Source: Thermoproteota archaeon
GTDB taxonomy: Archaea > Thermoproteota > Methanomethylicia > Methanomethylicales > Methanomethylicaceae
Reading direction: 5' to 3'
DNA: 64,000 bases
NCBI GenBank assembly: GCA_030055575.1
Contig: JASFYL010000001.1
Location: 3,545-67,544, forward strand
In this document: positions 48,492 to 58,156 of the stretch, piece after piece
How the letters are laid out: the number at the start of each line of letters is the position of its first letter
Position numbering within the stretch: the first letter of the stretch is position 1
Translations under genes and position numbers: made by a program
Notes under the pieces: generated by a model
Seen by the model: the letters and a program-made list of their open reading frames with translations, nothing else
Told to the model about the DNA's origin: nothing
Database searches by the model: none

Positions 48492-49754
48492 TCAGTAGGA
48501 TACCTTGGCAGAATCAGGGACCTTCCCCAGTATCTTCTCGGACGCCTCCTTCACCTTTTCTCGATTGCCTTCTGGGGTATAGACTCTCACTATATTCATG
48601 AACCCCTTAAGAACCTCTATTATCCTGGAGATCTTCGTTGCTTTGAGCAAATTCTTACCTGAAGAATCAGCTATGGGTATCTCCATTGGATCGAGGGAGA
48701 GCTTGTGGAAGTAGGGGATCGATGGCAGGGAAGGAGTGTCTATAAATACGCTTGAGGGGGGGATCCCCGCGATTTCAGCTATTTCTGACTCAACCTCTCT
48801 CCTTATGCCGTCTAGGCTAAAAAGACCAGAAATCGATTTGTCTTCTGCCTGGAGCTCCCTTTCGTACGCGCACTTAAGTAGTCTTCTACACTCCAGGTCC
48901 CTGATTATCTGAGAAGACTTGTCGCACCTCTTGAGCTCTGACCAGACACTGTAGTCGTCGAGCTCAAGATACTCGTCAGCTACCTTGAACCCACAGAGAC
49001 CGAGCTCCTCCTCAGCTGCCTCGAGGGCCCTAACGAGCAGGATCTGCGCTGCCCTGGCGGTCTTGTGGTAATATATCGCTCTGAAAGACTCGACCCTTGC
49101 GATCAGAAATGCCTCCAGTGCCGCGAGTGCCGAACTGTCCACCACAAGGGTGTCTTCGATCACTCCCATAGTGTAGATGAGCCTATAGATGTCTATCTTC
49201 CCGTATTCCGCGCCTGTGTGGTGAGTGTCCCGGGAAAGAAAGTCCATCTTGTCGACATCGACCGCGCTGGAGATTATCTGATTCATGAATGCCCTTGCGT
49301 TATTATCCCTCCCAACTGCAAGGTCGGCGATCTCATCCGCACTGTATCCATGCCTTGAAAGGATCTCCTTGAGCTCCGTCTCCCTTACTATCCAAGGCGT
49401 GAGGTCCTCGTGGGTCTTATTCAGCTTTCTAATGAGTATCTGCTCAAAGGTGTGGGAGAAAGGTCCGTGCCCAAGGTCATGGCAAAGCCCAGCTATCCTC
49501 ATCCTCTGTACATCGTCTTCTGTCATCTCGGTCGAGAGGGCCTTTCCCAAGAGGCCCGCCAAGTGCATGACCCCGACGGAGTGCTCGAATCTTGTATGGT
49601 TTGCACCAGGGTAGACCAAGTCTGCGAATACTAGCTGCTTGATCCTCCTTAAACGCTGGAGTGGGAGGGAATCGATGAGGTCCTTCTCCGCCTCGGTGAT
49701 GTGAATGTAACCATGAACAGGGTCCTTAATCATCCCCCAGTGCTTTGCCATCAT
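48492..49754 (-). CDS. HD-domain phosphohydrolase (SAMHD1/dNTPase-like)
   Basis: DPVHG, HTRFEHS, HDLGHGPFSH, DVDKMD. Confidence 0.92.
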   Translation of the reverse strand: MMAKHWGMIKDPVHGYIHITEAEKDLIDSLPLQRLRRIKQLVFADLVYPGANHTRFEHSVGVMHLAGLLGKALSTEMTEDDVQRMRIAGLCHDLGHGPFSHTFEQILIRKLNKTHEDLTPWIVRETELKEILSRHGYSADEIADLAVGRDNNARAFMNQIISSAVDVDKMDFLSRDTHHTGAEYGKIDIYRLIYTMGVIEDTLVVDSSALAALEAFLIARVESFRAIYYHKTARAAQILLVRALEAAEEELGLCGFKVADEYLELDDYSVWSELKRCDKSSQIIRDLECRRLLKCAYERELQAEDKSISGLFSLDGIRREVESEIAEIAGIPPSSVFIDTPSLPSIPYFHKLSLDPMEIPIADSSGKNLLKATKISRIIEVLKGFMNIVRVYTPEGNREKVKEASEKILGKVPDSAKVSY

Positions 49755-49872
49755 CCATCCTCCAAAAATATCGTTCCCTCGAATCTTAACCTTTCGGTAC
49801 TGAACCTGATGCCTGAGTCCTTCTCGCTGCCGTTTTCAGCTTTTGGCTCAGTTTCTCTGACGCCCGAGCAAC

Positions 49873-50289
49873 TCATTCCTTTTTGGGTTCCGTCCTGACC
49901 TTCACCTTACCGGATCTGCCGTCGACTAAGACCCAATCCCCGCTCTTGATGTTCTCGATGGGGTCGGTGTTGAGCCTGTCGACCAGGGGGATCTCTGCGA
50001 GTATGCAGCCGGCAGCGATTATTGCCTCGGTCTCAACATTTACTATAGCTGCTGGCGCGTGCCCGTTCTTCTTCAGCTGATATATGATGTATGATCCGAC
50101 AGTGCTGCCCTTACCTCTTGGAAACACAAGCACTTTGCCCGTAAGGTCTTTTCCGAAAAGTTCATGCCCTGCCTCCTTCACCATTCCAGTCTCTGGGTCG
50201 ACCCCCCCGAAGAACGAGATACCTTGCTTGGTGACCAGTGCTTCGCCCTCGCCTAGGAACTTTGATATGCCCCTTCCCTTCAGTTCCAC
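49873..50289 (-). CDS. Aconitase X swivel subunit (phosphomevalonate dehydratase small subunit, DUF126)
   Basis: ISFFGGVDP, GKGSTVGS. Confidence 0.9.
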   Translation of the reverse strand: MELKGRGISKFLGEGEALVTKQGISFFGGVDPETGMVKEAGHELFGKDLTGKVLVFPRGKGSTVGSYIIYQLKKNGHAPAAIVNVETEAIIAAGCILAEIPLVDRLNTDPIENIKSGDWVLVDGRSGKVKVRTEPKKE

Positions 50290-50291
50290 TA

Positions 50292-51503
50292 CTATCTGCC
50301 CTCCAAGACCATTTCCACAGCCTCGCTTAACTCTGCTACGGATGCCTTCAGCCCTGATGTCGAGGGAACATAGTGGGCAGCTTTACAAGAGTTGGTTACC
50401 ATGTATGCGAAACCTGATCTCTCGAGCGGGCACACGACCATGCAGGTATCCACAAAAACCTTGCCTCCTGCATCCTCGATCGCCTTGATGTACCCTCTTC
50501 TTTTTGCCTCATCTCGAACCACCTTGGAGGTCCATACCCAAAGCCCCTTCCCACTCGAGACCTTCCTCCCTCTGAGAAGAATGGAGAGCTCCTCAAGTTC
50601 GTTCAGGCTACAATGGGGGCATCCTACGCAGCACAGGTCAGCCTCATTTCCATATGACAGATAATCCCTAGAGCGTTCAAGCTCGGTCAGATCAACGCAT
50701 ATCCGCTCGAGGCAGGCCTTGTCATAACTCTCTGCCTCTGGGGTCACTCCGGGAATGTGGAACATCGCGATCCCGCCCGAAGCAGCAAGGGCTGCAGACA
50801 TGATCTTCAGCTTGTCACTTTCGGCTGCCCTAAGACCCTTAAAGAAGGGGATGCCTGCCCCGATAATCTTCCCCACTGTGTACCCAAGAAGGCTGAATTC
50901 GTAGGATGTTCTCACATACGTCTGCACTTCCACGATTACCGTCGGTGCCCTGTTCTCTTCCAGATGAAGTCCGTAGAAGGGCGTCCTCCCTGCGATAGCC
51001 GCGGCTAGCGCGGAGGGCCCTCCTTCTCTGTTAGTCCTTGCCCCGATGACTGAGTTGGCGTAGCAGACCGCAGAGGACTCTGACCATGCAATGTGATCGC
51101 CTCTCTTGGGTAGGTTCCCTGCTAGGTAAGGGGTACAGGTGCATGTAGTCTCGGCGCCCATCTTCCTGAACGCCTCGATTATACTCATCTGCTTGGACCT
51201 ATACCGCTCGTCTATTCCCATCTCGACCCACCTCTCCAAGTCCATTCCGCAGGGGTTGAGTGTAGTCAAGACTTTTACTTTTGCCCCATTCTCCGCCCAG
51301 TCCTCTAGGAACTCGAGCCCCGCCTCTCCTATGTTGCCATATGAGACTCCTGAGACCTGCGCGCTCTTGATCTTGACCATCCTGCCAGCGCCCATGACCT
51401 CTCCAACCGCCACGAGGAGCTCCATGGCTTTCCTTACGGCAGGTCCCTCTTCTCCCTTCAACATCCTTTCCTCTTCCCTGTCAAGCTCCACTCTACTCAC
51501 CAC
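50292..51503 (-). CDS. Aconitase X catalytic subunit (phosphomevalonate dehydratase large subunit, DUF521)
   Basis: CTCTPY, WSESSA, GARTNRE, GCPH, DTCMVV, TNSCKA. Confidence 0.92.
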   Translation of the reverse strand: MVSRVELDREEERMLKGEEGPAVRKAMELLVAVGEVMGAGRMVKIKSAQVSGVSYGNIGEAGLEFLEDWAENGAKVKVLTTLNPCGMDLERWVEMGIDERYRSKQMSIIEAFRKMGAETTCTCTPYLAGNLPKRGDHIAWSESSAVCYANSVIGARTNREGGPSALAAAIAGRTPFYGLHLEENRAPTVIVEVQTYVRTSYEFSLLGYTVGKIIGAGIPFFKGLRAAESDKLKIMSAALAASGGIAMFHIPGVTPEAESYDKACLERICVDLTELERSRDYLSYGNEADLCCVGCPHCSLNELEELSILLRGRKVSSGKGLWVWTSKVVRDEAKRRGYIKAIEDAGGKVFVDTCMVVCPLERSGFAYMVTNSCKAAHYVPSTSGLKASVAELSEAVEMVLEGR

Positions 51504-51505
51504 CT

Positions 51506-52804
51506 TCAGAAAGGTATCTTCGCACGCATGAACTTCTCCCTGGGCTTATTCCATGGTATCGTTGCATCAATCCCCAGTTTAGTTGTGAGGATCCTCTCCT
51601 GATCGGAGGATGGATCCAGCGTCGAACCCCTTGCGCATCTCACAACTATGAGGTCGTCCTCTCCTTGGAACCTTGTGGCGAGTGCCCATTCCACCTCTTC
51701 TGCCTTGTTGAGGTCGATGTCCTCGTCCACCACTACCACGTGCTTCAAGCTCGGGTTCGAGCCCAATGCAGCCAATGCGGCATTTTTACCATCGCCCTCT
51801 GCCTGCTTCCTTATCGATACCACTGCATGGAACCAACAGCAGCCTCCGTTGGTTAATCTTACCCCCTTGACGCTCGGGACCGCCTTAGACACTGCTTCAT
51901 ACATCTTGGCTTCTTTTGGTATCCCCATCAAAAGCTTGTGCTCCGACCCGCCGGGTAGGATCGCTTGGTAGATGGCATCCTTCCGCCTCAGGATCCTTCG
52001 TACCTTCACTACAGGCTGCTTCCTGACGATATCATATGTCCCTGTAAGGTCTACGAAAGGCCCCTCGTCGACCACCTCGTCCTTACTGATCTCGCCCTCG
52101 AGCACAAACTCTGCCTCCGATGGCACATTTACCTCCACATCAGGGCACTTCGCGACTTTCAGGCTTCCACCCATTAGGGCATTAGATACCCACAACTCGT
52201 CCACTTTGAACTCGGGACTGGTATTGACACCAACATAGACCGCGGGGTGTGTCCCTATCACTATGGCGACTTGGAGATCCTCCCCCCTTTTAGCCGCCTC
52301 TTTGTGCATTGCGTACAGGTGCCGAGGGACTATTCTTATGGCTAGCTTGTCTTTACCGAGCACCAGGAGCCTGTGTATCGAGGCATTCTGGAAGCTCCCG
52401 TCAGCGCTCCTGGCTACGACTATGCCGGAAGTTATGTATCTGCCAGGATCCTTCTCATAGTGCCTCAGCACGGGCAATCTGTCTAGAGAGGGTGGTTCGG
52501 AGACCTCCACGAAAGAGGCTTCCTCGGAAACCTTAGGCGGTGTGGGGTTCTTGACTGCCCAGGAGAGTCTCGCGCAATAGGTATCTCGGTCAGCGCCGAT
52601 CGCCCTGTATATCCTCTCCCTCGTGCCACAGACTCCAGAGACCGCCTTGCATTCATGACCTTTTAGCCTCTCGAATATGACAATTGGACCGCCGTCGTAT
52701 TTCTCCATGAGCGAGGCGGCCTCGAACTCAGTAGACGTCTCCCTGTCCACTTCTACAACTTCCCCTCTTACGATCTCCTCACCGATGAACTCCCTCAAAC
52801 TCAA
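51506..52804 (-). CDS. UbiD-family decarboxylase (likely anhydromevalonate phosphate decarboxylase)
   Basis: NASIHR, EGPFVDLTGTYD, VVVDEDID, WALATR; directly upstream of the AcnX pair. Confidence 0.9.
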   Translation of the reverse strand: MSLREFIGEEIVRGEVVEVDRETSTEFEAASLMEKYDGGPIVIFERLKGHECKAVSGVCGTRERIYRAIGADRDTYCARLSWAVKNPTPPKVSEEASFVEVSEPPSLDRLPVLRHYEKDPGRYITSGIVVARSADGSFQNASIHRLLVLGKDKLAIRIVPRHLYAMHKEAAKRGEDLQVAIVIGTHPAVYVGVNTSPEFKVDELWVSNALMGGSLKVAKCPDVEVNVPSEAEFVLEGEISKDEVVDEGPFVDLTGTYDIVRKQPVVKVRRILRRKDAIYQAILPGGSEHKLLMGIPKEAKMYEAVSKAVPSVKGVRLTNGGCCWFHAVVSIRKQAEGDGKNAALAALGSNPSLKHVVVVDEDIDLNKAEEVEWALATRFQGEDDLIVVRCARGSTLDPSSDQERILTTKLGIDATIPWNKPREKFMRAKIPF

Positions 52805-52978
52805 GCATGAATCACCAAGAGCTGATATTGATCACTTTAATCAGGCTAAATCCTTTTTGTACATGCTTTTCCCTGAGCTCTTCCTTCCATCTCCGGAGCA
52901 ATCCTCCTCTTCCAAAGTCCCGGCAGCTTTCTCTACATCCCGCCGGCACCGTTAAATCGCCCACCCTATTCTTAAGGA

Positions 52979-54943
52979 TTGGAGCAGTTCACATCGATGA
53001 CTGGGTGGAGATACTTCCCGTACCCATCATTCAAACCTAATCAAGAAGAACTTCTCAAAGTGGTGTCCTCGGCGATTAAACAGAGGAAGCACGCGATAGT
53101 TGACGGTGCGAGCGGCTTGGGCAAGACGGCCGGCTCACTTGCAGGTGCCCTCAATGCGTGCAAGCCATCAGGGCTCCGCATCCTTTACGCTGCGAGGACT
53201 TACAAAGAACTCGACAGAGTCGTCGAGGAACTACAAGAGATAAGCAGAAAAGAAAAAGTCACCGGCATCTCCCTCAGGGGGAGGGCTGAGATGTGCGTTA
53301 ACGAGGCCGTCCTGCGGCTTTCACGGGATCCTAGAACCGTTTCGGAGCTATGCTCGGATCTGGTGAAAAGCAGAAAATGCCCTTATCACATGAACATTGA
53401 GCAGGAAGGGCGTTCCGTCAGATACTTGGTGGAAGAGTTTCTTAGCTCTCCGACGGCTGCATACGACCTGATTTCCAAGTCGAAAGACAATGAGCTCTGC
53501 CCATACGAGATGACCAAGCTCCTACTACCTCATGTTGAAGTCATCGCGTTGAGTTATGCGTACCTGTTCAACAGGGATATACGCGATGCCTTTGTTAAGC
53601 GGCTTGGGCAGTCTATCTCCCAATATGTTCTCATCCTCGACGAGGCGCATAACCTCCCTGACACGGTGAACGAATATGAGAGCGATAGGATTTCGGTCAA
53701 TTCGTTGATACATGCTTCGCGTGAGGCAGACAACTACGGCAAGGCAGACATAGTGAGGTTCGCAGAAGCCCTCCTATCGATGATAGAAAACAAGGGCTTC
53801 GGGGAACATGTGGTCAACCTGCAGTCCATAGCAGATGATGCTATCAAATCAGCTAGAATACGCGACCCGCTGCCTATTTTCCTCGAGGAGGTCTACTCCT
53901 TCGGGGAACGTATAAAGATGGACCTTCTCTCGAAGGGGAAGATCCCGAGATCCTATATCCGAAGGATTGGCGAGTTCTTCCTGAAGGCATACGAGACCTC
54001 AGAAAAGAAGGAGTTTGTGCACATACTCCACAGCGAGGAAGGAGAGGGGGCCAAGACAGTGGAGATCGTCTCCTTAGATCCCAGAACTGCCACGTCTGAA
54101 GTCCTGGAGAGTGTGGCTGCTTCTATTAGCATGTCTGGTACACTCGAGGAGATGGTCTCGTATGCCGAAGTGATGGGTCTGCCGGCGGATTCATTGAAGG
54201 TCACATTACCATCACCATTTGGTAGGGAACAGACGTTGGTTCTGGTCTGTAAGGGTGTGTCCACCCTATACGAGAGGCGCGGTGCTGAGTCGTATTCAGC
54301 GATGGTATCGAAGATAGAGGAGGTGGTCTCAAACACGCCGGGGAACACAGGCGTCTTCTGTTCGTCGTACAATGTGATGGAGGGACTAATCGGCGCGGGG
54401 CTGGAGGAAGCTTTGGCTAAGCCCCTCTATGTCGAGCAGCAGAAGGCACGGTCGGTAGATCAAGATCGGCTAATCAGCGAGTTCAAAGCTATGGGGGATG
54501 GTGGTGGCGCGGTGTTGCTTGGCGTCGTCGGGGGTCGGTTTAGCGAAGGAGAGGACTACCCTGGAAACGAGATGAACACGGTGGTGATAGTAGGAGTGCC
54601 TTACCCAAGGCCGACTGCAAAGATCAATGCACAGATAAACTATTACGAGTCGATCTTCCCTGGCAAGGGGAGGGAGTATGCCTACACTATACCAGCCATG
54701 CGGAAGGCTTCGCAGGCTGCTGGTAGGCCATTTAGAAACCTCAGCGACAGAGGAGTAGTAGTATTTATGGATTACCGCTTCGCCTCGCCAAACCTGAGGC
54801 GATTGCTGCCCAGTTGGATTAGGGACAGGATAATTTCCGTAGAGGACAAAAAGGAATACTTGGGGGAATTGGTGAGTAGGTTCTACTCTGGGATGAGCGC
54901 ATCCGAGGTTAGCTCAAGCAGGCGGAGTACCTCTACTGCCTGA
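52979..54943 (+). CDS. xpd: XPD/Rad3 Fe-S DNA helicase
   Basis: GASGLGKT, four Fe-S Cys, DEAH, SGT, GRFSEG, QAAGR. Confidence 0.93.
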   Translation: MEQFTSMTGWRYFPYPSFKPNQEELLKVVSSAIKQRKHAIVDGASGLGKTAGSLAGALNACKPSGLRILYAARTYKELDRVVEELQEISRKEKVTGISLRGRAEMCVNEAVLRLSRDPRTVSELCSDLVKSRKCPYHMNIEQEGRSVRYLVEEFLSSPTAAYDLISKSKDNELCPYEMTKLLLPHVEVIALSYAYLFNRDIRDAFVKRLGQSISQYVLILDEAHNLPDTVNEYESDRISVNSLIHASREADNYGKADIVRFAEALLSMIENKGFGEHVVNLQSIADDAIKSARIRDPLPIFLEEVYSFGERIKMDLLSKGKIPRSYIRRIGEFFLKAYETSEKKEFVHILHSEEGEGAKTVEIVSLDPRTATSEVLESVAASISMSGTLEEMVSYAEVMGLPADSLKVTLPSPFGREQTLVLVCKGVSTLYERRGAESYSAMVSKIEEVVSNTPGNTGVFCSSYNVMEGLIGAGLEEALAKPLYVEQQKARSVDQDRLISEFKAMGDGGGAVLLGVVGGRFSEGEDYPGNEMNTVVIVGVPYPRPTAKINAQINYYESIFPGKGREYAYTIPAMRKASQAAGRPFRNLSDRGVVVFMDYRFASPNLRRLLPSWIRDRIISVEDKKEYLGELVSRFYSGMSASEVSSSRRSTSTA

Positions 54944-54972
54944 AGAAAACATCAAAAAGGAGATGATGTTGA

Positions 54973-55686
54973 ATGGTTCACTTGAGGAGTACTGAACTGA
55001 TGCACAACGCGCCTTTACCAACAGGCTGCAGAACCTTGGACGCGCTCCTTGATGGGGGACTGCGCCTGGGGGAGATTCTGTTAGTCTTTGGGGAAAGGGG
55101 TTCGGGGAAGACCTCGCTAGCTCTCCAAGTCTCTTCAGTGGCGGCATCGCTTGGGATGGGGAGCGTTATTATATACTCTGAGGGCAGATTTCCGATTCGT
55201 CGCCTCTCCGATATCGCTGGCTCCGATTGGACCAACCTAAGCGAAAGGATATGGGTATTGGAGGTGAAGCACTTTGAGCACCAAGACTCGATAGTCGAAG
55301 GACTGGAGTCAGAGCTCCCTGGTGGAGTGCGACTATTGGTTTTTGATTCGATAACTGGGCAGTACAGAGCAGGGCTAGGCGAGCATAACGAGAACATAAT
55401 AGTGAACAAGATGCTGAACAGACAGCTGGCGATCATCAAGGATGTCTCAGCTAGGCTTGGTCTGGCAGTTCTGATTACCAGCGAGGTCAAGGATATCCCG
55501 GACGGTAGCGGAACGGCGCCCGTCGCCTCCACGATCCTGACCTATTGGTCCGAGAGAGTATTGAAACTGGAGAGAGTCTATGGGGCGATCAGGAAGGCTT
55601 CCGCCCTCCGACCTGAACCAGTAAGGGAAGCATTAATGATGCTGACATCAAGAGGATTCATAGCGGCAAGTGATGGAAATGGATGA
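54973..55686 (+). CDS. radB: RadB-like RecA paralogue
   Basis: LDALLDGGL, GERGSGKT, LLVFDSI; no N-terminal RadA domain. Confidence 0.8.
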   Translation: MVHLRSTELMHNAPLPTGCRTLDALLDGGLRLGEILLVFGERGSGKTSLALQVSSVAASLGMGSVIIYSEGRFPIRRLSDIAGSDWTNLSERIWVLEVKHFEHQDSIVEGLESELPGGVRLLVFDSITGQYRAGLGEHNENIIVNKMLNRQLAIIKDVSARLGLAVLITSEVKDIPDGSGTAPVASTILTYWSERVLKLERVYGAIRKASALRPEPVREALMMLTSRGFIAASDGNG

Positions 55687-56161
55687 CTTCATAGGCTTGG
55701 CTTTCTCTTCGATGGTGATTATAATGCCCGCATTCATAGCCAACTCAGTGCCAGTACTCGCGAGGGGCAAGCGCCCGGTGGATTTGGGAAGGTATATGGG
55801 CGATGGTAGGCGGGTGCTTGGAGACGGGAAAACATTTGAGGGATTCTTCGCAGGATTGGGGGTGGGGACGCTTTCGGGCGCCCTGTTTGGATACCCATTG
55901 CACTCTTTTCTCCTCTCTCTCGGAGCCCTCTTTGGTGACATGCTGGGTGCCTTCATCAAGAGGAGGATCGGGATAGAGAGGGGAAAGCCTGCCCCCATTC
56001 TAGACCAGCTTGATTTTGTTGCCGGAGCGATACTCTTTCTTTATCCAATATACCGTGTGACTCCTGAGCAAGTGTTGTTTATAGTTATCGCCACCCCTCC
56101 AATCCATCTGCTAACCAACTATGTCGCATACAGGCTGGGGCTCAAGAGATATCCTTGGTGA
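55670..56161 (+). CDS. carS: CDP-archaeol synthase
   Basis: PAFIANS, PVDLG, GDGKTFEG, GDMLGAFIKRR, LDQLDF. Confidence 0.93.
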   Translation: MMEMDDFIGLAFSSMVIIMPAFIANSVPVLARGKRPVDLGRYMGDGRRVLGDGKTFEGFFAGLGVGTLSGALFGYPLHSFLLSLGALFGDMLGAFIKRRIGIERGKPAPILDQLDFVAGAILFLYPIYRVTPEQVLFIVIATPPIHLLTNYVAYRLGLKRYPW

Positions 56162-56409
56162 ACCCTGGCGCATTGCCACCAGTCTTTCCATCTCGAGCCA
56201 GAAAAGTCTACGATACTACTAGATAGGAATTTGCGGCAGAAAAGTAGTCAATTTAGAGGCTACTAAAGACTGGATTAAGTGGTAAAGCGCCCTTGAAACC
56301 GTTATTCTTGACTAAGAGAGCAAATTTGGAAAAAGAACAGAACTCTATATCCTTTGTATGGAGCATAAAAGCGCCCCCTGAGCACCTATCTTAGATATGC
56401 GTAGAAAGA

Positions 56410-56760
56410 TCAGTAGAGCTTTACCCTCAGGAGGTACTCGAGCAGGAAGATCGAGATAATAAGCATAATAGTTCCGACAACGAACTTCAACTTTGATCCT
56501 TCGATGTCGAATGACCTCCTCAACGCCCTCTCAAGTGTGAAGAACCCGATCATCCCTCCAAGTGTTATGAAGAACACAACGAAGAACTCTGTGGATGTCT
56601 GGCTGTTGTATGATCTTACTAGGAAGCTTGTCCCGGTGCCCGTGGAGACCATAGTGCCGGGCTCTATGACAATAAGGTAAATCCCCCCACTCGTCAGGAA
56701 AATTGTGAATAATGCCATGAGGTAAGAGAGGTTCTTCCACGATAAGAGATCCCTGTTCAA
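56410..56760 (-). CDS. Three-TM protein resembling OST subunit DC2/OSTC (OST3/OST6 membrane domain)
   Basis: FLTSGGIYLIVIEP...FL...Q...E...GGMIGF...RVKLY pattern. Confidence 0.75.
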   Translation of the reverse strand: MNRDLLSWKNLSYLMALFTIFLTSGGIYLIVIEPGTMVSTGTGTSFLVRSYNSQTSTEFFVVFFITLGGMIGFFTLERALRRSFDIEGSKLKFVVGTIMLIISIFLLEYLLRVKLY

Positions 56761-56905
56761 TAGATTCCACCGTCTTAAAAGAGGAATCCTTGCACTCTTA
56801 TTCTTAGCGGTTTGGATTTATACATTATCTATGTACATTATTAAAAAACTATCATCTATGCGTTATACATCCATAAATTACATATACAGCCTGGGTCTTT
56901 GAGTA

Positions 56906-58156
56906 ATGGAGGCGTCTGAAATTCACCCCTCCAAAGACATACTCTGCTTAAGCAGCAGACTCATAGAGGGCAAGAAGGTAGCGATGGGAGTCTGTGGTAG
57001 TGTTGCTTGCATCAAATCCCCGGAGATTGCACGGGGGCTGATGCGTCATGGGGGGGACGTCTGGGTTGTTATGACGAAGGCAGCTCAAGAGCTTATCTCC
57101 CCCGCTCTGATGGAATGGGCTACGGGAAATCCAGTGGTGACCGATCTCACGGGAAAGATAGAACATGTCGCTCTTGGGAAAGGGGGTGAGTGCGGGGCTG
57201 ATGTCGTCTTGATTTCCCCAGCAACTGCAAACACGATAAGCAAGATTGCTTGCGGTATAGACGACACCCCGGTGACCTCACTCGCAACCACAGCGATCGG
57301 TTCAGGCGTGCCCGTCTTGGTCGCCCCTGCAATGCACGTAAGCATGCTTCACCATCCTGCCGTACAAGAAAATGTCAAAAAACTTTCGGCTATGGGCGTG
57401 CGAGTGTTACTTCCACATGTGGACGAGGGCAAAGCGAAGCTCATATCAGAGGAGGACATAGTAGAAGAGGTGATTGCGACCCTTCGTCCGAAGGATATGA
57501 CTGGGCTAAGAGTTCTCGTCACTTCAGGACCGACACGATCTTACATGGACAGTATCCGTTTTATAACAAACTCCAGTTCTGGGAAGATGGGGGTAGCCTT
57601 TGCAAAGGAGGCTACTGCGCGTGGTGCTGATGTCACCCTTGTGAGCGGTCCTGTGGATGTTCCACGCCTTAGGGCCAAGGTAATAAAGGTGACTTCCACG
57701 AATGAGATGATGCATGCAGTGCTGGAGGAGCTTTCCTCCACCAAATACGACTTGGCGGTGATGGCTGCTGCACCCCTTGATTTTGATGTCGCTGAATCCA
57801 CACGAGGAAAGCTCTCGAGCGATTCTCCTGTGACCCTCAGGCTTATCCCTGCCCCCAAGATCCTGGCTGAGGCAAAGAGAACCTCACCTGAGACGTGTGT
57901 GATCGGGTTCAAGGCCGAATTCGGTCTCGATGTTGAGGCACTGATCTCTAAGGCAAAAGCCAGGCTAGAGGGCTCTGGATGTGACATGATAGTGGCGAAC
58001 GACCTCTCCTCTCCGGACAGGGGATTCGCGTCGGATACAGACGAGGCCTATGTGCTCTCTAAAGACGGATCCTGCATCCACATACCCCTCAAGCACAAGA
58101 GGGAATTAGCCAGCCAAATACTCGACTTATTCCTCGAGAGGAGGGGGGATGCTTGA
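56906..58156 (+). CDS. coaBC: Bifunctional phosphopantothenoylcysteine decarboxylase/ligase
   Basis: CGSVA, PATANTISK, PAM, SSGKMG, VAND. Confidence 0.95.
   Translation: MEASEIHPSKDILCLSSRLIEGKKVAMGVCGSVACIKSPEIARGLMRHGGDVWVVMTKAAQELISPALMEWATGNPVVTDLTGKIEHVALGKGGECGADVVLISPATANTISKIACGIDDTPVTSLATTAIGSGVPVLVAPAMHVSMLHHPAVQENVKKLSAMGVRVLLPHVDEGKAKLISEEDIVEEVIATLRPKDMTGLRVLVTSGPTRSYMDSIRFITNSSSGKMGVAFAKEATARGADVTLVSGPVDVPRLRAKVIKVTSTNEMMHAVLEELSSTKYDLAVMAAAPLDFDVAESTRGKLSSDSPVTLRLIPAPKILAEAKRTSPETCVIGFKAEFGLDVEALISKAKARLEGSGCDMIVANDLSSPDRGFASDTDEAYVLSKDGSCIHIPLKHKRELASQILDLFLERRGDA

Noticed and set aside
49751-49876. 41-codon minus-strand ORF (MSCSGVRE...) with ATGA overlaps at both ends between the AcnX small subunit and the HD gene
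   Set aside because: No motif, and it spans a promoter-like GAAAGGTTAAG for the HD gene; probably fortuitous, though ribosome profiling could revive it
56162-56409. Short complementary segments (CCAGTCTTT/AAAGACTGG, AGATAGG/CCTATCT) and short direct repeats between carS and the OSTC-like gene
   Set aside because: Matches are only 7-9 nt and I could not build a coherent RNA fold or a regular array
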